This document shows positions 1 to 13,864 of a DNA stretch of 64,000 nt, piece by piece. Source of the stretch: Octopus vulgaris (lineage: Eukaryota); assembly GCA_951406725.2 (NCBI GenBank), contig OX597828.1:29140001-29204000 (forward strand), written 5' to 3'. The position numbers and the translations under genes are program-made. Numbering within the stretch: the stretch's first letter is position 1; every line of letters begins with the position of its first letter. A model generated the notes under the pieces. The model was not told the DNA's origin and made no database searches. It worked only from the letters and a program-made list of their open reading frames with translations.

Positions 1-752
1 CCCGATATTTACGGCACCATTGATTTATTAATCACTGTTTTTCTATATCAAAGAAAGCTATATTTCTCTAAGCGGTTGCTAGTGGACATTTGCTACCAAT
101 GACGCTGCGGGAAGCAGAAATCAAGATTTAGCAGTTCCTCCGCCGCGGCTTCACACTTTTCATTTGCTTCTGTTCTTTTTAGCACTCTACATCTATAAGA
201 GACGCAGTCTCAAAACCAATACCGTAGTTTCATGGCTTTCCTGCAGTATATCCACGTTAAGTAAGATGTACAGAATGCTATTTTGAACTAACTAAATAAA
301 TATACGTACATGTGTATGTGTATATTATTAAATTCCTCTACAAGGATTTCGTGTTTGTTCTTGGGCAACATACCAAATTCTACGTCTTACTACACAAATG
401 TTTATAAGGAAATAGATGTTGGATTTCTCTTCTGAGTTTGGATTATCTAAAGTGCTCTTTAATTCAATCGCTGCTGGATCACATCCGAATAATGGAGAAG
501 AGATCAAATGCAATAATTTTTTCCCCCCTTTTTGAAACGAACCGTCTACAAGGAATTATCTCCCTTAGGCAACAAGTCGCCATGTGCCAATGTGTTGTGC
601 TGAAAATTTGCTCAATAACAACAATCCAAGCTTAAATATATATGGCAGATGTGCATGGTATGTGTATGTATGCGCGCGCGTGCGTGTGTGTATGTGTGTG
701 TGTGTGTGTTTGTGTGCATGAGTGTACATTCATGTATGTGTGCTTCGATAGA

Positions 753-911
<159 letters not shown>

Positions 912-1730
912 GCAGTGGTTTTATTTTTATAACGTGCTTTGACTTCACTACCGAGCACAACTTGGGTATGTGCCTTAGGTATGTGCTGTGGTTTGCTGTG
1001 ATGCTCTTATGGTTATTGAAAGTGTTTTTACCTAAGATGTGTGCAGTGCCCAGTAGTGTAATTTTCTGCATGTTATATATATTTGTAAGTCCTGGTGTTT
1101 TTGTTATGTATTTGTCTGAATATTTTTTATCATACCTAATGCGCCCTCTATGATAGGAATTGTTTCTGTTTTTAGATTCTACATTCGAGTTACCTCTATT
1201 TCCAGGTCTTTGTATTTTGAAAGTTTTTTTCCATTTCTTTTAGAGTAACGTTGTCATCTGCTGGTATTGATACATCAATTAGAAAGCATTTTTTCCTCAT
1301 GATCTCTGACAACTATATCTGGCCTGTTGGCCTTAATTTCTCTATCTGTGTGTATTGGCATATCCCGTAGTATGGTTGCTTTCTCGTTTTCTGTGACCTT
1401 TTCTGGCGTGTGCTTATACCATCTTTTTTCTGTTTTTATTCCATAGTGTTGGCATAACTTCCAGTGTATGTAGGTCCCAACTCAGTCGTGTCTGTGAATA
1501 TATTCCTTCTTAGCCAGGACTGGGCAGCCAGAGATAATATGATTTATTGTTTCTTGTCCATCTCCACATATCCTGCAGTCACTTGTTATGTTTCTTTTCA
1601 TTATATGCTTTTGGTACTTTCTGGTGGGGAGGTTTTGGTCTTGTGCTGCAACTAAAAATCCTTCAGTCTCTGCTTTGAGTCCTGAGCTTCTCAACCATTG
1701 CTGGGATTTTTCTCTGTGTATTTCTTTTAT
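912..1730 (-). mobile_element. 5'-truncated R4/Dong-clade non-LTR retrotransposon (CCHC finger and restriction-like endonuclease end)
   Basis: GLKAETEGFLVAAQDQ, CRICGDGQETINHIISGC, RHD, RPDIVV..FLIDVSIP, LLGTAHIL; the 3' end abuts (TAA)n. Confidence 0.85.
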
Positions 1731-1895
1731 AAGTTAGTAAAAAGAGAGTATATCTTCAAGACAGGGAGAGTGAGGGGGGTAGAAAAGTTTGTAATACTTC
1801 TATAAAATGAAGCTCGACATAAGAAAAAGTGATGACGAAAAGGAAGGAGGGGAGAGTAAGACTGGAAAGAAAAAGGAGAGTGAGAATGGAATGAA

Positions 1896-2372
1896 AGAAG
1901 AAGAAGAAGAAGAAGAAGAAGAAGAAGAAGAGGACGAAGAAGAAGGACGAAGAAGAAGAAGAAGAAGAAGAAGAAGAAGAAAAAGAAGAAGAGGACGAAG
2001 AAGAAGAAGAAGAAGAAGAAGAAGAGAAGAAGAAGAAGAAGAAGAAGAAGAGGACGAAGAAGAAGAAGAAGAAGAAGAAGAAGAAGAAGAGGACGAAGAA
2101 GAAGAAGAAGAAGAAGAAGAAGAAGAAGAGAACGAAGAAGAAGAAAAAGAAGAAGAAGAGGACGAAGAAGAAGAAGAAGAAAAAGAAGAAGAAAAAGAAG
2201 AAGAAGAAGAAGAAGAAGAAAAAGAAGAAGAAGAAGAAGAAGAAGAAGAAAAGAAGAAGAAGAAGAAGAAGAAGAAGAAGAAGAAGAAGAAGAAGAAGAA
2301 GAAGAAGAAGAAGAAGAAGAAGAAGAACAAGAAGAACAAGAAGAACAAGAAGAACAAGAAGAAAAAAGAAGA
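1896..2372. repeat. (GAA)n microsatellite with GAGGAC interruptions
   Basis: Seen directly in the sequence. Confidence 0.98.
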
Positions 2373-3674
2373 GATACGGGCGTTGGTAAACGAGAGATAT
2401 AAGGGTAGAGGTTGTAAAATGTAACAGGTTGGGGAATGCATAACATACAGAGCAAAAATGTTCTCCTTTCATATCCAGTCATTCGATCATCCATACATCC
2501 TTCGAACAGAGTAGCATTCCGATTATTCACTTCCTTGAAAATTGGTTTCGTATTTTCTACAGACGTCGTTCCGATTCTCACACAGAAACACGAGCGCGCA
2601 AGGCAGGAAACTTAAGGTTCCGCTCAAATAACGATACTCTTTTTTCTTTCCTTCTGCTTTTGGCACAAGGCCTGAAAATTTGGAAGGAGGGTGCTAGTCA
2701 TGTACATTGTCCCCAGTGCTCACCTGGTACTTATTTTGTCAAACCCCCCGAAAGGATGAAAGGCAAAATCGACCTCTGCGGAATTTGAACTCAGAACCTA
2801 AAACAGAGAGAAATACTGCTTAGCATTTTGTTCGGCGCACCAACGATCCTGCTCGACAAACTCAACAATAATAACTGTTTCTGCTTAAAGCAGTATTGCT
2901 GAGATGGTGTTAATCGATATCATCGACCTCAGTCCTTCACTGGTAATTATTTTGTCGGTACCGAACGGGTAAAAGGTAAAGACGACCACAGCAGAATTTG
3001 AACTCAGAACGTAAAGCCGGACGAAATGCCGGTTTTTGCCCGACGCGGTTGCGATTCTGTTAGCTCGTCTTCTTGACCTTCACTCACATATTACAACGAC
3101 GATGAAACCACGACCGATTACACTGTGTAACAAAATTTCTATTTACTTATTTATATATTTGTTTTGTCCTTGGTTAGTAAGTGCTATTTCTTATTTGCTT
3201 CTATCTAGAAATCAAAGGAAATCACTCCTATTCCCTTCAAACTTTGCTTTTATTAACCTGAATATCAATGTTTTAAAACTGACCTATTTTCCATTACATT
3301 TCAGACAGCTTTAGCACTGAGTTGCTGAAGCAGAAATATCATTATAGCAAATATTCTATTCAATACCACAGATTTGCTTGTCAGTTACTTGACCTTAACC
3401 ACTTGAGCATGTCCCTTAGTGGTTGACAATTTATACATCTCTGATCATGAGCAGGAGTAGTGGAAGAGCATCATAGCCAAGTACTGAGAGGAATTTTTAG
3501 GGGTCTGAATGAATGTAACAAAAGCAAAAATTGAAGGAAATATTAGCCATTTTTCATACTTTCTAGCGATAAGCAAATAGGAAATAACAGTTGCTATCCA
3601 AGGACTAAAATCGTGTTATACAGTGTCCTAATTAATCACTAAATACTTTGAACATGAGGCAGAACTCAAGATAT

Positions 3675-4059
3675 GGAAGCACTCCGTCGGTTACGACGAC
3701 GAGGGTTCCGGTTGATCCGAATCAACGGAACAGCCTGCTCGTGAAATTAACGTGTAAGTGGCTGAGCACTCCACAGACACGTGTACCCTTAACGTAGTTC
3801 TCGGGGATATTCAGCGTGACACAGGGAGTGACAAGGCCGGCCCTTTGAAATACAGGTAGAACAGAAACAGGAAGTAAGAGTGAGAGAAAGTTGTGGTGAA
3901 AGAGTACAGCAGGGATCACCACCATCCCCTGCCAGAGCCTCGTGGAGCTTTTAGGTGTTTTCGCTCAATAAACACACACGTCGCCCGGTCTGGGAATCGA
4001 AACCGCGATCCTATGACCGCGAGTCCGCTGCCCTAACTACTGGGCCATTGCGCCTCCAC
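3675..4059 (-). mobile_element. Full-length tRNA-derived SINE (family C)
   Basis: A/B boxes TGGCCCAGTAG and GTTTCGATTCC; TSD ACTCAAGATAT; near-identical copy at 57153. Confidence 0.88.
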
Positions 4060-4448
4060 ACTCAAGATATACACATTCCACCAAAACCCTAACCATGAAT
4101 TCTTCTTTCCATCAGAAAAAAAGTAAACAAATTCCAAATTTCAAGAATTTCTGTTTGTGACGAAACCACAAATATTTCTAAAAGTTTTACTTCCTGAAGG
4201 TGTTTATTGCAAAAGAAATCAAAGTGTTTAGAAGTCATTAACACCATAACACCAAGCTTGACACTGCAGCACCTACATACGAGGAAATAATTATAGATGT
4301 CTCTAGAAACATTTCCCGAAAGTCAACATGAGGAAAGAAAACACAACCCAATTACGATCCAGAAATAGAAGGGACAACCACAAAACAGCAGATGCAACCG
4401 AAATAAACTTAGCATCAAATTACAAAAACAAAAAGGAAATAATAGTAG

Positions 4449-4498
<50 letters not shown>

Positions 4499-4558
4499 GC
4501 TATCTATCTATCTATCCTTCTATCTATCTATCTATCTATCTATCTATATATATATATG

Positions 4559-4593
<35 letters not shown>

Positions 4594-4601
4594 ATCCAGC
4601 C

Positions 4602-4649
<48 letters not shown>

Positions 4650-4664
4650 ATCTATCTATCTATC

Positions 4665-4746
<82 letters not shown>
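4449..4746. repeat. Compound (TCTG)n(TCTA)n(TA)n(CA)n microsatellite
   Basis: Seen directly in the sequence. Confidence 0.97.
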
Positions 4747-4749
<3 letters not shown>

Positions 4750-6632
4750 ATTTCCCTATATTCTATTTTCTAAACTAAACGAAACAAACGCGGATTACTT
4801 CAACAGAAATAAGGCAACAGAATGGTGAAAGAACTGTGACTCTATTCAATCGAATTAAGTACGTTACTGTACTTGATTTTTCGACCTTGGACGGATGAAA
4901 GGCAAAATCGACTTTCGTAGGATTTAAAACCTGAGGAGGGATAGAAGTATTTATTTGCATTATTTTATACGTAATCTTAGCTGAAAAAGCTAGGGTGAAG
5001 CACAGGACAAAGTTAAAAGTATGAAAAGAAAAAAAAAATTGGTACCAAGATTAAACCCTAAATTAGGGATACGACTTGTACAGGAGTGCGACTTATACAC
5101 GAGTAAAAACGATAATTCAACGCATTATAAGCTGACACTTCAACGAATCTGACAGCACATTGCTTTGAAATGCTAATGATTATAATCTCAGCTTTACAGC
5201 TTGTGTATTTTTGGTTAGAGGTCCAGTGGAAAGGGTATAGAAGTGTGATGGAAGTCTCTAAAGACAGTAGTAACTAAAAATAATGACAGAAGGGAATAAA
5301 TAAATAAATAAATAAATAAATAACGGTGCCTGTGTATAGTTATTGGAAAATAACAAACATGACTCAACTAAAATAATACAAAAATAATTAGAATTTATCT
5401 CAGCATATTTTTCTTTTTTATTGGTTATCCTTTTCATCAAAAGGCATTCAAAATGAAAATATTTCATGAGAATTTTGTGTCTGAATCCAGGCATACAGTT
5501 TTTTCCTGCTTACTGCTACACCTAGACTGATATAAAAGCGACTTTGACTAAATTAGGTTTTGGTTTAATGATACTATAATTTCAGTAGTTTGTTCTCTGC
5601 TTGTCTGACTGGAACTTTTAAAACATGATTTGCTGTAGCTTTAAATTAAACGTTAAGTACTGCGGTACTAAAACGTATGTGGTTATTACTGCCCGTTTTA
5701 TGTTTCCCATATGCACTTTAGAATAATTTTAGTTGTCGTCTGCTTTTTCAATTTATCCTCTAATTACCAGAAGAATATGATGCGTTTTAAGACTGATTTG
5801 GCTATGATATTTTATGGCGATAGCCATTAAACAACTGTTTTATCATTTATATACTGCAGATTCTCTATATAATGCCATAAAACGCCACCGGAATATTGTA
5901 TTAACCAGATAAGTGAGATCAAAAAGAGAATAAATCTACTCTATAGTGATGGCGTGTCCTTTAAACACATTGGGTTGTTGGTGTGATGCCATTGAAAAAT
6001 TTGCTTTTATGCTGTGTATCGGGAGCAAGTAAATCAGGTGGAATCTGTTCCTTTCCAAACTCTATCATTCGAAGGATTGGAAATCAGTAGTTGAAGCTTA
6101 TTTAGCGCGGCCCAATTCATTCAACAATGTTTTCAAGGCAAACATCAGAGAACTGTCTCATACTGTAACACTTATTTGCTGTCACACCAACGAAGCGGCT
6201 TCTACGTGGCCACTCGACTTGCTAGAAATAACATCCAAATCATCATTAGAAAAAAAAACCTACTAAAGTATTTGAAAGAAACACGAAGGACATTTTGCAC
6301 AATGTAATCCCATGTACAGAAAAGGACTTTGTTGTCAAGGCTCAGCCAGGAGGGGTTAACCTTGAGTAAAATAACAACGATAGCAATATACGTTATTTTC
6401 ATCATTGACATGTAAGAGAGACACAAACTAGATTCGTAATCAAGAATTAAAAACCTTCTGTCTTCATTTTAGTTTCCATTATTCTTGGAATTTTCACTTA
6501 GAATTAGTTCAGTCTGTCAAATGCGCCACCATCTTAGGTGAGACAAGAGTTCAATATTGATAAACCCATTGACTTCCATCGTCAACGATCTAGTTCGACT
6601 TAAAGAGAGCCGTAGATTCGAGTGACTTGTAA

Positions 6633-6695
<63 letters not shown>

Positions 6696-6696
6696 T

Positions 6697-7278
6697 CTTT
6701 CTATTATAGGCACAAGGTCTGAAATTTGGCGGGGAAGGGGCCAGTCGATTACATCGACCCCAGTACACAACTGGTACTTAATTTATCGACCGCGAAAGGA
6801 TGAAAGGCAAAGTCGACCTCGGCGGAATTTGAACTCAGAACGTAAAGACAGACGAAATACCTATTTCTTTACTACCCACAAGGGGCTAAACACAGAGAGG
6901 ACAAACAAGGACAGACAAACGGATTAAGTCGATAACATCGACTCCAGTGCATGACTGGTACTTAATTTATCGACCCCGAAAGGATGAAAGGCAAAGTCGA
7001 CCTCTGCGGAATTTGAACTCAGAACATAAAGACGGACGAAGTACCTATTTCTTAACTACCCACAAGGGGCTAAACACAGAGAGGACAAACAAGGACATAC
7101 AAAGGGATTAAGTCGATTATATCGACCTCAGTGCATAACTGGTCCTTAATTTATCGACCCCGAAAGGATGAAAGGCAAAGTCGACCTCGGCGGAATTTGA
7201 ACTCAGAACGTAACGGCAGACGAAATACGGCTACGCATTTCGCCCGGCATGTTAACGTTTCTGCCAGTTCGCCACCTT
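6697..7278 (-). mobile_element. tRNA-derived SINE family A, trimeric array; other copies at ~8298-8526(+), 18281-18512, 26957-27188(+), 36131-36354, 38049-38281, 43373-43773, 44180-44765 and 53797-54197
   Basis: Head GGCGGCGAGCTGGCAGAA..GAGTTCAAATTCC and central GCCTTTCATCCTTTCGGGGTCGATAAA; TSDs on several copies. Confidence 0.88.
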
Positions 7279-8994
7279 TGTGACATTCCAAAATTAACAA
7301 TGTCCCATAATCCAAGGGCACAAAGTCATACCATCCGGTCCTTTATTTTGCTATCAGGGTACAAAACACGTTATATTAGTTGAAGTAAATACCCGTTTCG
7401 CTATCCTGTTGACCTTCAAGTGTTAGTGTCACAGAAAACCTTCTGGCGTTTAAGTGACAGGGAGTCTCTATGTTATCGTCAGCATCCCACAGTCTTTCCG
7501 GATCGACATTTACTCGGGGCTCAAATATCAGTGCTTAGTCTCAATGCTACCTTTATTTGTATTTCATTGCTACCCATAAACTACAAACGTGAGTAAACGG
7601 CAGAATGCTGATTCAGGCAACCAACCGAGTGCTTTTTCAACACGGTTAATAGACGGGCATGCGTCCGTTGATTACAATTCCTTAACAAACTGTCAAGTTG
7701 AGATCTTATCAAAAACAGCATCATAGCCTCGTTATCATGTCCTATCTGAGCACATGATTCGTGTTCAGACTTGCTGTTAAAACCGCTAATGTTTCCCTGG
7801 ACGTATGAGGATTTCTATTAACGCGCATGAGGCAGGAGATAATGCAATTCACTCCAAGCAGAGAATCATGGGAGGATGCCAAAAAGCATAGGCATAAAAG
7901 GTCTTTATTTCGATGGAAACCCAAACCTTGTGAGTGATGTTTAAAGTCATCTAGGAATTTTTTTTTTTTTTTTAAAGAACGAAGTAACATTTTTGGTGAG
8001 TTTGCCAGGAATTTGGCTTTCTAACGGAGATATGTATTTTATGAACATTTTGTATATTTCACTCAAACTTTATTTTATTGTTTTATCTATTTGTGACCTT
8101 GAAAAATATTGTTGCAAATGTTGAAAACGGAAAAGAAAAAACTCACACCTCAGAAATACTAAATCTCTCGCACCCACGGTTTTGTTTGGATAAGCACTTC
8201 ACTGTGAAACTTTATTTCGGGACTTTAGATAAGATTGTTGCTTGTTGCACGCAGTTTGTAACCGTGGAACACAAACTAAATATATATATTAAATATGTGG
8301 CGAGCTGGCAGAACCATTAGCACGCCGGGCGAAATGCGTAGCCGTATTTCGTCTGCCGTTACGTTCTGAGTTCAAATTCCGCCGAGGTCGACTTTGCCTT
8401 TCATCCTTTTGGGGTCGATAAATTAAGTACCAGTTACGCACTGGGGTCGATGTAATCGATTTAGTCCGTTTGTCTGTCCTTGTTCATCCCCTCTGTGTTT
8501 AGCCCCTTCTGGGTAGTAAAGAAAAATATATTAAATATGTGATTGCCCTTACTGCTTTGCCTTTATCCTATTCATATCCCTCAACCATTACTCAACAGTG
8601 TCTTCGTACTCGTTTTCGGGAACTTTTTCTCGTTTCAAGTCATTAAATAATCATAAGACAGTTACTCTTCTATCTTAACCCGGCAACGTTTATCTCAGTA
8701 GTTTCTTGCACAGGAAAATTTCTGTTCAGTACAGCAAATTAACAGAATTCTCGATGAGTTCATGAAAAGGCCTCTACACCAGGGCTTCTCAAAGTTGACA
8801 AGATCACCCCACTAGTGGAGGGTTGAGACTGAAAACAATTTTTCTGGGTATTCAGAACAGAAGGGGAAAGTAAGGTAGGGCAACAGGTGCATCTCTTAAT
8901 TGCTCAAATTTTCATTAAAAATTTCAGTTTTTATTGTATGTGAATAATCTGGAAATATTACTGATCGAAATGTAGTTTTGGCTTTCCATTTTCT

Positions 8995-9372
8995 AAATAC
9001 AAGCGCCCAAAATGGGGTTTCTCCGAAGGATCTCAAGAGTAACATTACTCGACAGAGTACGTAGCTCGGAGATCAGGGAGTCTCTCCAGGTCGAGCCGCT
9101 ACTTCTCCGCATTGAAAGACATGTAATAATTAGAATGTTGCCGGAAAGAGTCGTTCGACGGATTCTTCAAGCCGAGCCAACTGAAAAGTGGTTTCGGGGT
9201 AAACCAAGGACGAGATGGTTGGATAATATCTATGGTCTCCGTTAGTCATGCTTGGCAACCCAGCCGGAAAGGTGTAATGACTGACGCTTCTGATGGGGAC
9301 CCTATGGAAGAGGCACCTGAGGACTCTGCTCCCACCCGTCCGGAATAGTGGGCGGAGAAGAAGGATGGATTG
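8995..9372 (+). mobile_element. RTE-clade LINE 3' fragment
   Basis: MGFLRRISRVTLLDRVRSSEIRESLQVEPLLLRIER..RGKPRTRWLD. Confidence 0.8.
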
Positions 9373-10196
9373 ATTTTTTGGTCCTACAAGATATGTAAAG
9401 TACAACAGAAAAGAAACCAAAGGCATCTTGGTGCAGAATACTGAAACCAAATATCATCTGACTGTCTCTAAAGTATCCATATTTAAATATAAAGACAACG
9501 TTGATGTAAATAAATACCAGATGAATAATGGGGGTCAATGTAATCGACTGACCTTTTCCTCCTAAATGTCTTGCAAACAACTTGCACATGCAAGTGCTAC
9601 CAGTCAAAAGCTCCGTATACCGGAAGCCAGCAAGTGTATGGGGTCATCAGGAGAGAATGCGCGCCGTTTCGGGGCCTACCTCTCGACGGCATCAATGCGC
9701 ACCGCCCCGCCCCCCTCACTGATATGAGGCCCCGCTTGCTAGATCAGCTGGTTATCAAGTTAAGCTCAATATCCTTCTAGCCATCGCACATCGTCTCTTT
9801 TTAACCAAATCCTGTGGCTAGCCTTCTCCACTGTAGACTGGATATCAGTCATGGTGGTATTAACTTTACGATGAGTTAGACCTAAATTACTGGACTTATG
9901 CTAGACTTTGAAACCATTTTGGGATGCCACTATCGTTGTACTTATTCTCACAGGTTCTGCAGCAATGTGACGAAAATTTCGACGCATTCGGAAATAAGTG
10001 AAAAATGAATTTAAATATTTTAGAAATGGCTTTTCCACGATAAAGTTGCATTTGTTACATCATAAATCTTAGACAAAATCAGTCGCTCGACAAAAGCAAT
10101 GCCGAAATAACTATTTGTTTTAAATTTTGGCACGAAACCAGCAATTTTGGGTGGAGGTGGAGGTGGGGGTGGATAGTCGATCACGTCTATTACATA

Positions 10197-10361
10197 GGCA
10201 CAGGAGTGGGTGTGTGGTAAGTAGCTTGTTTACCAACCACATGGTTTCGGGTTCAGTCCCACTGCGTGGCACCTTGGGCAAGTTTCTTCTGCTATAGCCT
10301 CGGGCCGACCAAAGCCTTGTGAGTGGATTTGGTAGACGGAAACTGAAAGAAGCCCGTCGTA

Positions 10362-10445
<84 letters not shown>

Positions 10446-10665
10446 TGTGTGTGTTTGTGTGTCTGTGTTTGTCCCCAAGCATTGCTTGACAACCGATGCT
10501 GGTGTGTTTATGTCCTCGTTACTTAGCGGTTCGGCAAAAGAGATCGATAGAATAAGTACTGGGCTTACAAAAGAATAAGTCACGGGGTCGAGTTGCTCGA
10601 TTAAAGGCGGTGCTCCAGCATGGCCGCAGTCAAATGACTGAAACAAGTAAAAGAGTAAAAAGAGA
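10197..10665 (+). mobile_element. CORE-like tRNA SINE family B with internal (TA)n(TG)n; other copies at ~10870-11284(-), 11516-11913(-), 23080-23415, 24889-25290, 28056-28470, 48626-48998, 52405-52710 and 61130-61946(-)
   Basis: Family consensus GGCGCAGGAGTGGCTGTGTGG..GGTTCAGTCCC..ACCTTGGGCAAGT (CORE-like motif); many copies. Confidence 0.85.
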
Positions 10666-11085
10666 GTATTACATCTACCCCCTGCACCCAACTTGTATTT
10701 ATTTCATCGATCTAGAAAGAACGAAAGACAATGTCGATCTCGTCGTGATTTCTACTCAGAACGTAAAGGTGGAGGAAATACCGTTGCGCATTTTGTCCCG
10801 CCGTGCTAACCGTTCGGTCATCTTGCCCATCGTCTCCGAAATAAATATTAAATCTTATCTAACAACTCTTTTACTCTCTTTTACTCTTTTACTTGTTTCA
10901 GTCATTTGACTGCGGTCATGCTGGAGCACCGCCTTTAATCGAGCAACTCGACCACAGGACTTATTCTTTTGTAAGCCCAGTACTTATTCCATCGGTCTCT
11001 TTTGCCGAACCGCTAAGTGACGGGGACATAAACACACCAGCATCGGTTGTCAAGCAATGCTAGGGGGACAAACACAGACACACAA

Positions 11086-11116
<31 letters not shown>

Positions 11117-12656
11117 CATATACATATACACGACGGGCTTCTTTTAGTTTCCGTCTACCAAATCCACTCACAAGGCTTTGGTCGGTCCGAGGCTATAGTA
11201 GAAGACACTTGCCCAAGGTGCCACGCAGTGGGACTGAACCCGGAACCATGTGGTTGGTAAACAAGCTACTTACCACACAGCCATTGCGATTTTCGATTAT
11301 TTGTTTTGAACACCGCTGACGCATACCTCCATATTCGTCTGACTTCTGTTTAGAATGTATTGAGACAGCCAGAGAATAGCTGATGAACCACATCACTTCG
11401 TGAAACGATCTTACCAGCCATTATGCAAACAAACGTCTGCCAGTCTCCTCTCTTGCCCCCCATTTATCTATTTTCAACTGAACAGCTTTTTAAATTTATC
11501 CATTTCTATTTGCATACTCTTTTACTCTTTTACTTGTTTCAGTCATTTGACTGCGGCCGTGCTGGAGCACCGCCTTAGTCGAGCAAATTGATCCCGGGAC
11601 TTATTCTTTTGTAAGCCCAGTACTTATTCTATCGGTCTCTGCCCAACCGCTAGGTGACGGGGACGTAAACACACCACCATCGGTTGTCAAGCAATGCTAG
11701 AGGGACAAACACAGACACACAAACACACACACACGCACACACACATATACATGACGGGCTTCTTTCAGTTTCCGTCTACCAAATCCACTCACAAGGCTTT
11801 GGTCGGCCCGAGGCTATAGCAGAAGACACTTGCCCAAGATGCCACGCAGTGGGACTGAACCCGGAACCATGTGGTTGGTTAGCAAGCTACTTACCACGCA
11901 GCCACTCCTGCGCCTATTTATATATATTCTATATGAACGGTCAGCATGTGACTACCAACAGGATATAAGATATAAATAAAAGTCGATAAGCTGTTATATA
12001 TTGATGTATAAGCAACATTCGACGAAGAACGATTGAAACATTAATAATTCTATTTCGAATTCTCTCTTATCGGTCTGTCTTTCTGTCTGTCTGTCTGCTT
12101 GTCTGTCTGTCTGTCTGCTTGTCTGTCTGTCTGTCTGTCTGTCTGCTTGTCTGTATTTCTGTCTGTCTGTATGCTTGTCTGTCTGTCTGACTGTCTGTCT
12201 GTCTGCTTGTCTGTCTGTCTGTCTGTCTGTCTGTCCTGGGTTTGACTTTAAAATTGCATCCGGTAGTGGGGCTCTGGCATAACTGTTTCAAGGGGTCGAG
12301 GAGTGTTGAATCCCTATCTTGACACAATTGTTCCTGGGATTTCCCTGACTCGGTGTAGCAGCACCTGTTGGGTTACATAGCACGTAAACCACCGGGGGGG
12401 GGGGGGTGAAGCACTCCAAGTTCTTCTTGGAACTTCTTTCAAGGAGAATATAAACTCGTGGTTTCTATTCATCACAACATCTATTGTCTCACTGGTTTTC
12501 GGACAGATTGCACTGAAACGGAGTTCTGTGCTGTGCAACACTTTATCCACTCGAAACATAATCATGCACAGGAAATTCTTGGACTCTTGGAACGTTTGTA
12601 CGGACTCAATGAGTTTAGGAAGCGTCTTACTCGGTCAAGAGTAGACTTCCACCATT

Positions 12657-13520
12657 TATGTATGCATGTATGTATGTATGTATGTATGTATGTATGTATG
12701 TATGTATGTATGTATGTATGTATGTATGTATGTATGCATGCATGTATGTATGTATGTATGTATGTATGTATGTATGTATGTATGTATGTATGTATGTATG
12801 TATGTATGTATGTATGTATGTATGTATTAATGTATGTATGCATGTATGCATGTATGTATCAATGAATGTATATATGTATGTATGTTTGTATGTATGTATG
12901 TATGCATGCATGTATGTATGTATTAATGTATGTATGTATGCATGTAGTATTAATGAATGTATGTATGTATGTATGTATGTATGTATGTATGTATGTATGA
13001 ATGTATGTATGTATGTATGTATCTATGTATGCATGTATGTATTAATGTATGTATGTATGCATGTATGTATTAATGAATGTATATATGTATGTATGCATGC
13101 ATGTATGTATTAAAGTATGTATGTATGTATGTATGTATATATGTATGCATACATGTATGTATTTATGTATGTATGTATGAATGTATATATGTATGTATAT
13201 ATGTATGCATGCATGTATGTATTAATGTATGTATGTATGTGTGTATGTGTGTATATATGTATCTATGTATTTATTTATGTATGTATGTATTTGCGTGTAT
13301 GTATGAATATATGTATGTATGTGTGTGTATATATGTATATGTGTATTTATGTATGTATGTATGCATGTATGTATGTGTGTATGTATGAATGTATGTATGT
13401 ATGTATGTATGTATGTATGTATGTATGTATATGTGTATGTATGTTTGCGTGTGTATGTATAAATGTATGTATGTATTTGTGTATGTATGTATGTATGTAT
13501 GTATGTACGTTTGTATCTAT
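12657..13520. repeat. Long degenerate (ATGT)n array; a further block lies at 13763-13859
   Basis: Seen directly in the sequence. Confidence 0.97.
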
Positions 13521-13624
13521 GTAGATGTGTGTGCGTGCGTGTATGCATGCATGCGGCATTTGCCATGATAGATCGTTAGCCACTAAACCCTTTTCTACTT
13601 TCTCTCATTGTTTCCTTCTGTGTT

Positions 13625-13662
13625 TCTTTCTGCCGAAAAGCGTAGGCTCGAAACGTTAAAGA
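13625..13662 (+). ncRNA. Minimal hammerhead-like motif with variant position 6
   Basis: TCTTT-CTGCCGA-A-AAGC-GTAG-GCTC-GAAACGTT-AAAGA. Confidence 0.6.
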
Positions 13663-13864
13663 TTCTCACTTCCCGAGCGTTAAACTAATTCATCTGTTTG
13701 TTTGTTGATTACATTCCCGTACTCGTCTTTTGTTTTTTTTTCGTAAATTCTCACTGTGTATATATGTATGTATGTATGTATGTATGCACCTATGTATGTA
13801 TGTATGTATGTATGTATGTATGTATGTATGTATGTATGTATGTATGTATGTATGTATGTCTCTT

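Noticed and set aside
83-286. Open + strand frame with a hydrophobic stretch (LHTFHLLLFFLALYIYKRR), a possible last exon
   Set aside because: No recognisable homology, and no upstream context in the window.
328-513. ORF containing YVAQE, resembling a YccV motif
   Set aside because: No other domain motifs or supporting splice context; the real motif is in exon 25367-25477.
11376-11416. CTGATGA..GAAAC hammerhead-like words
   Set aside because: No convincing stem I, stem II or stem III pairing.
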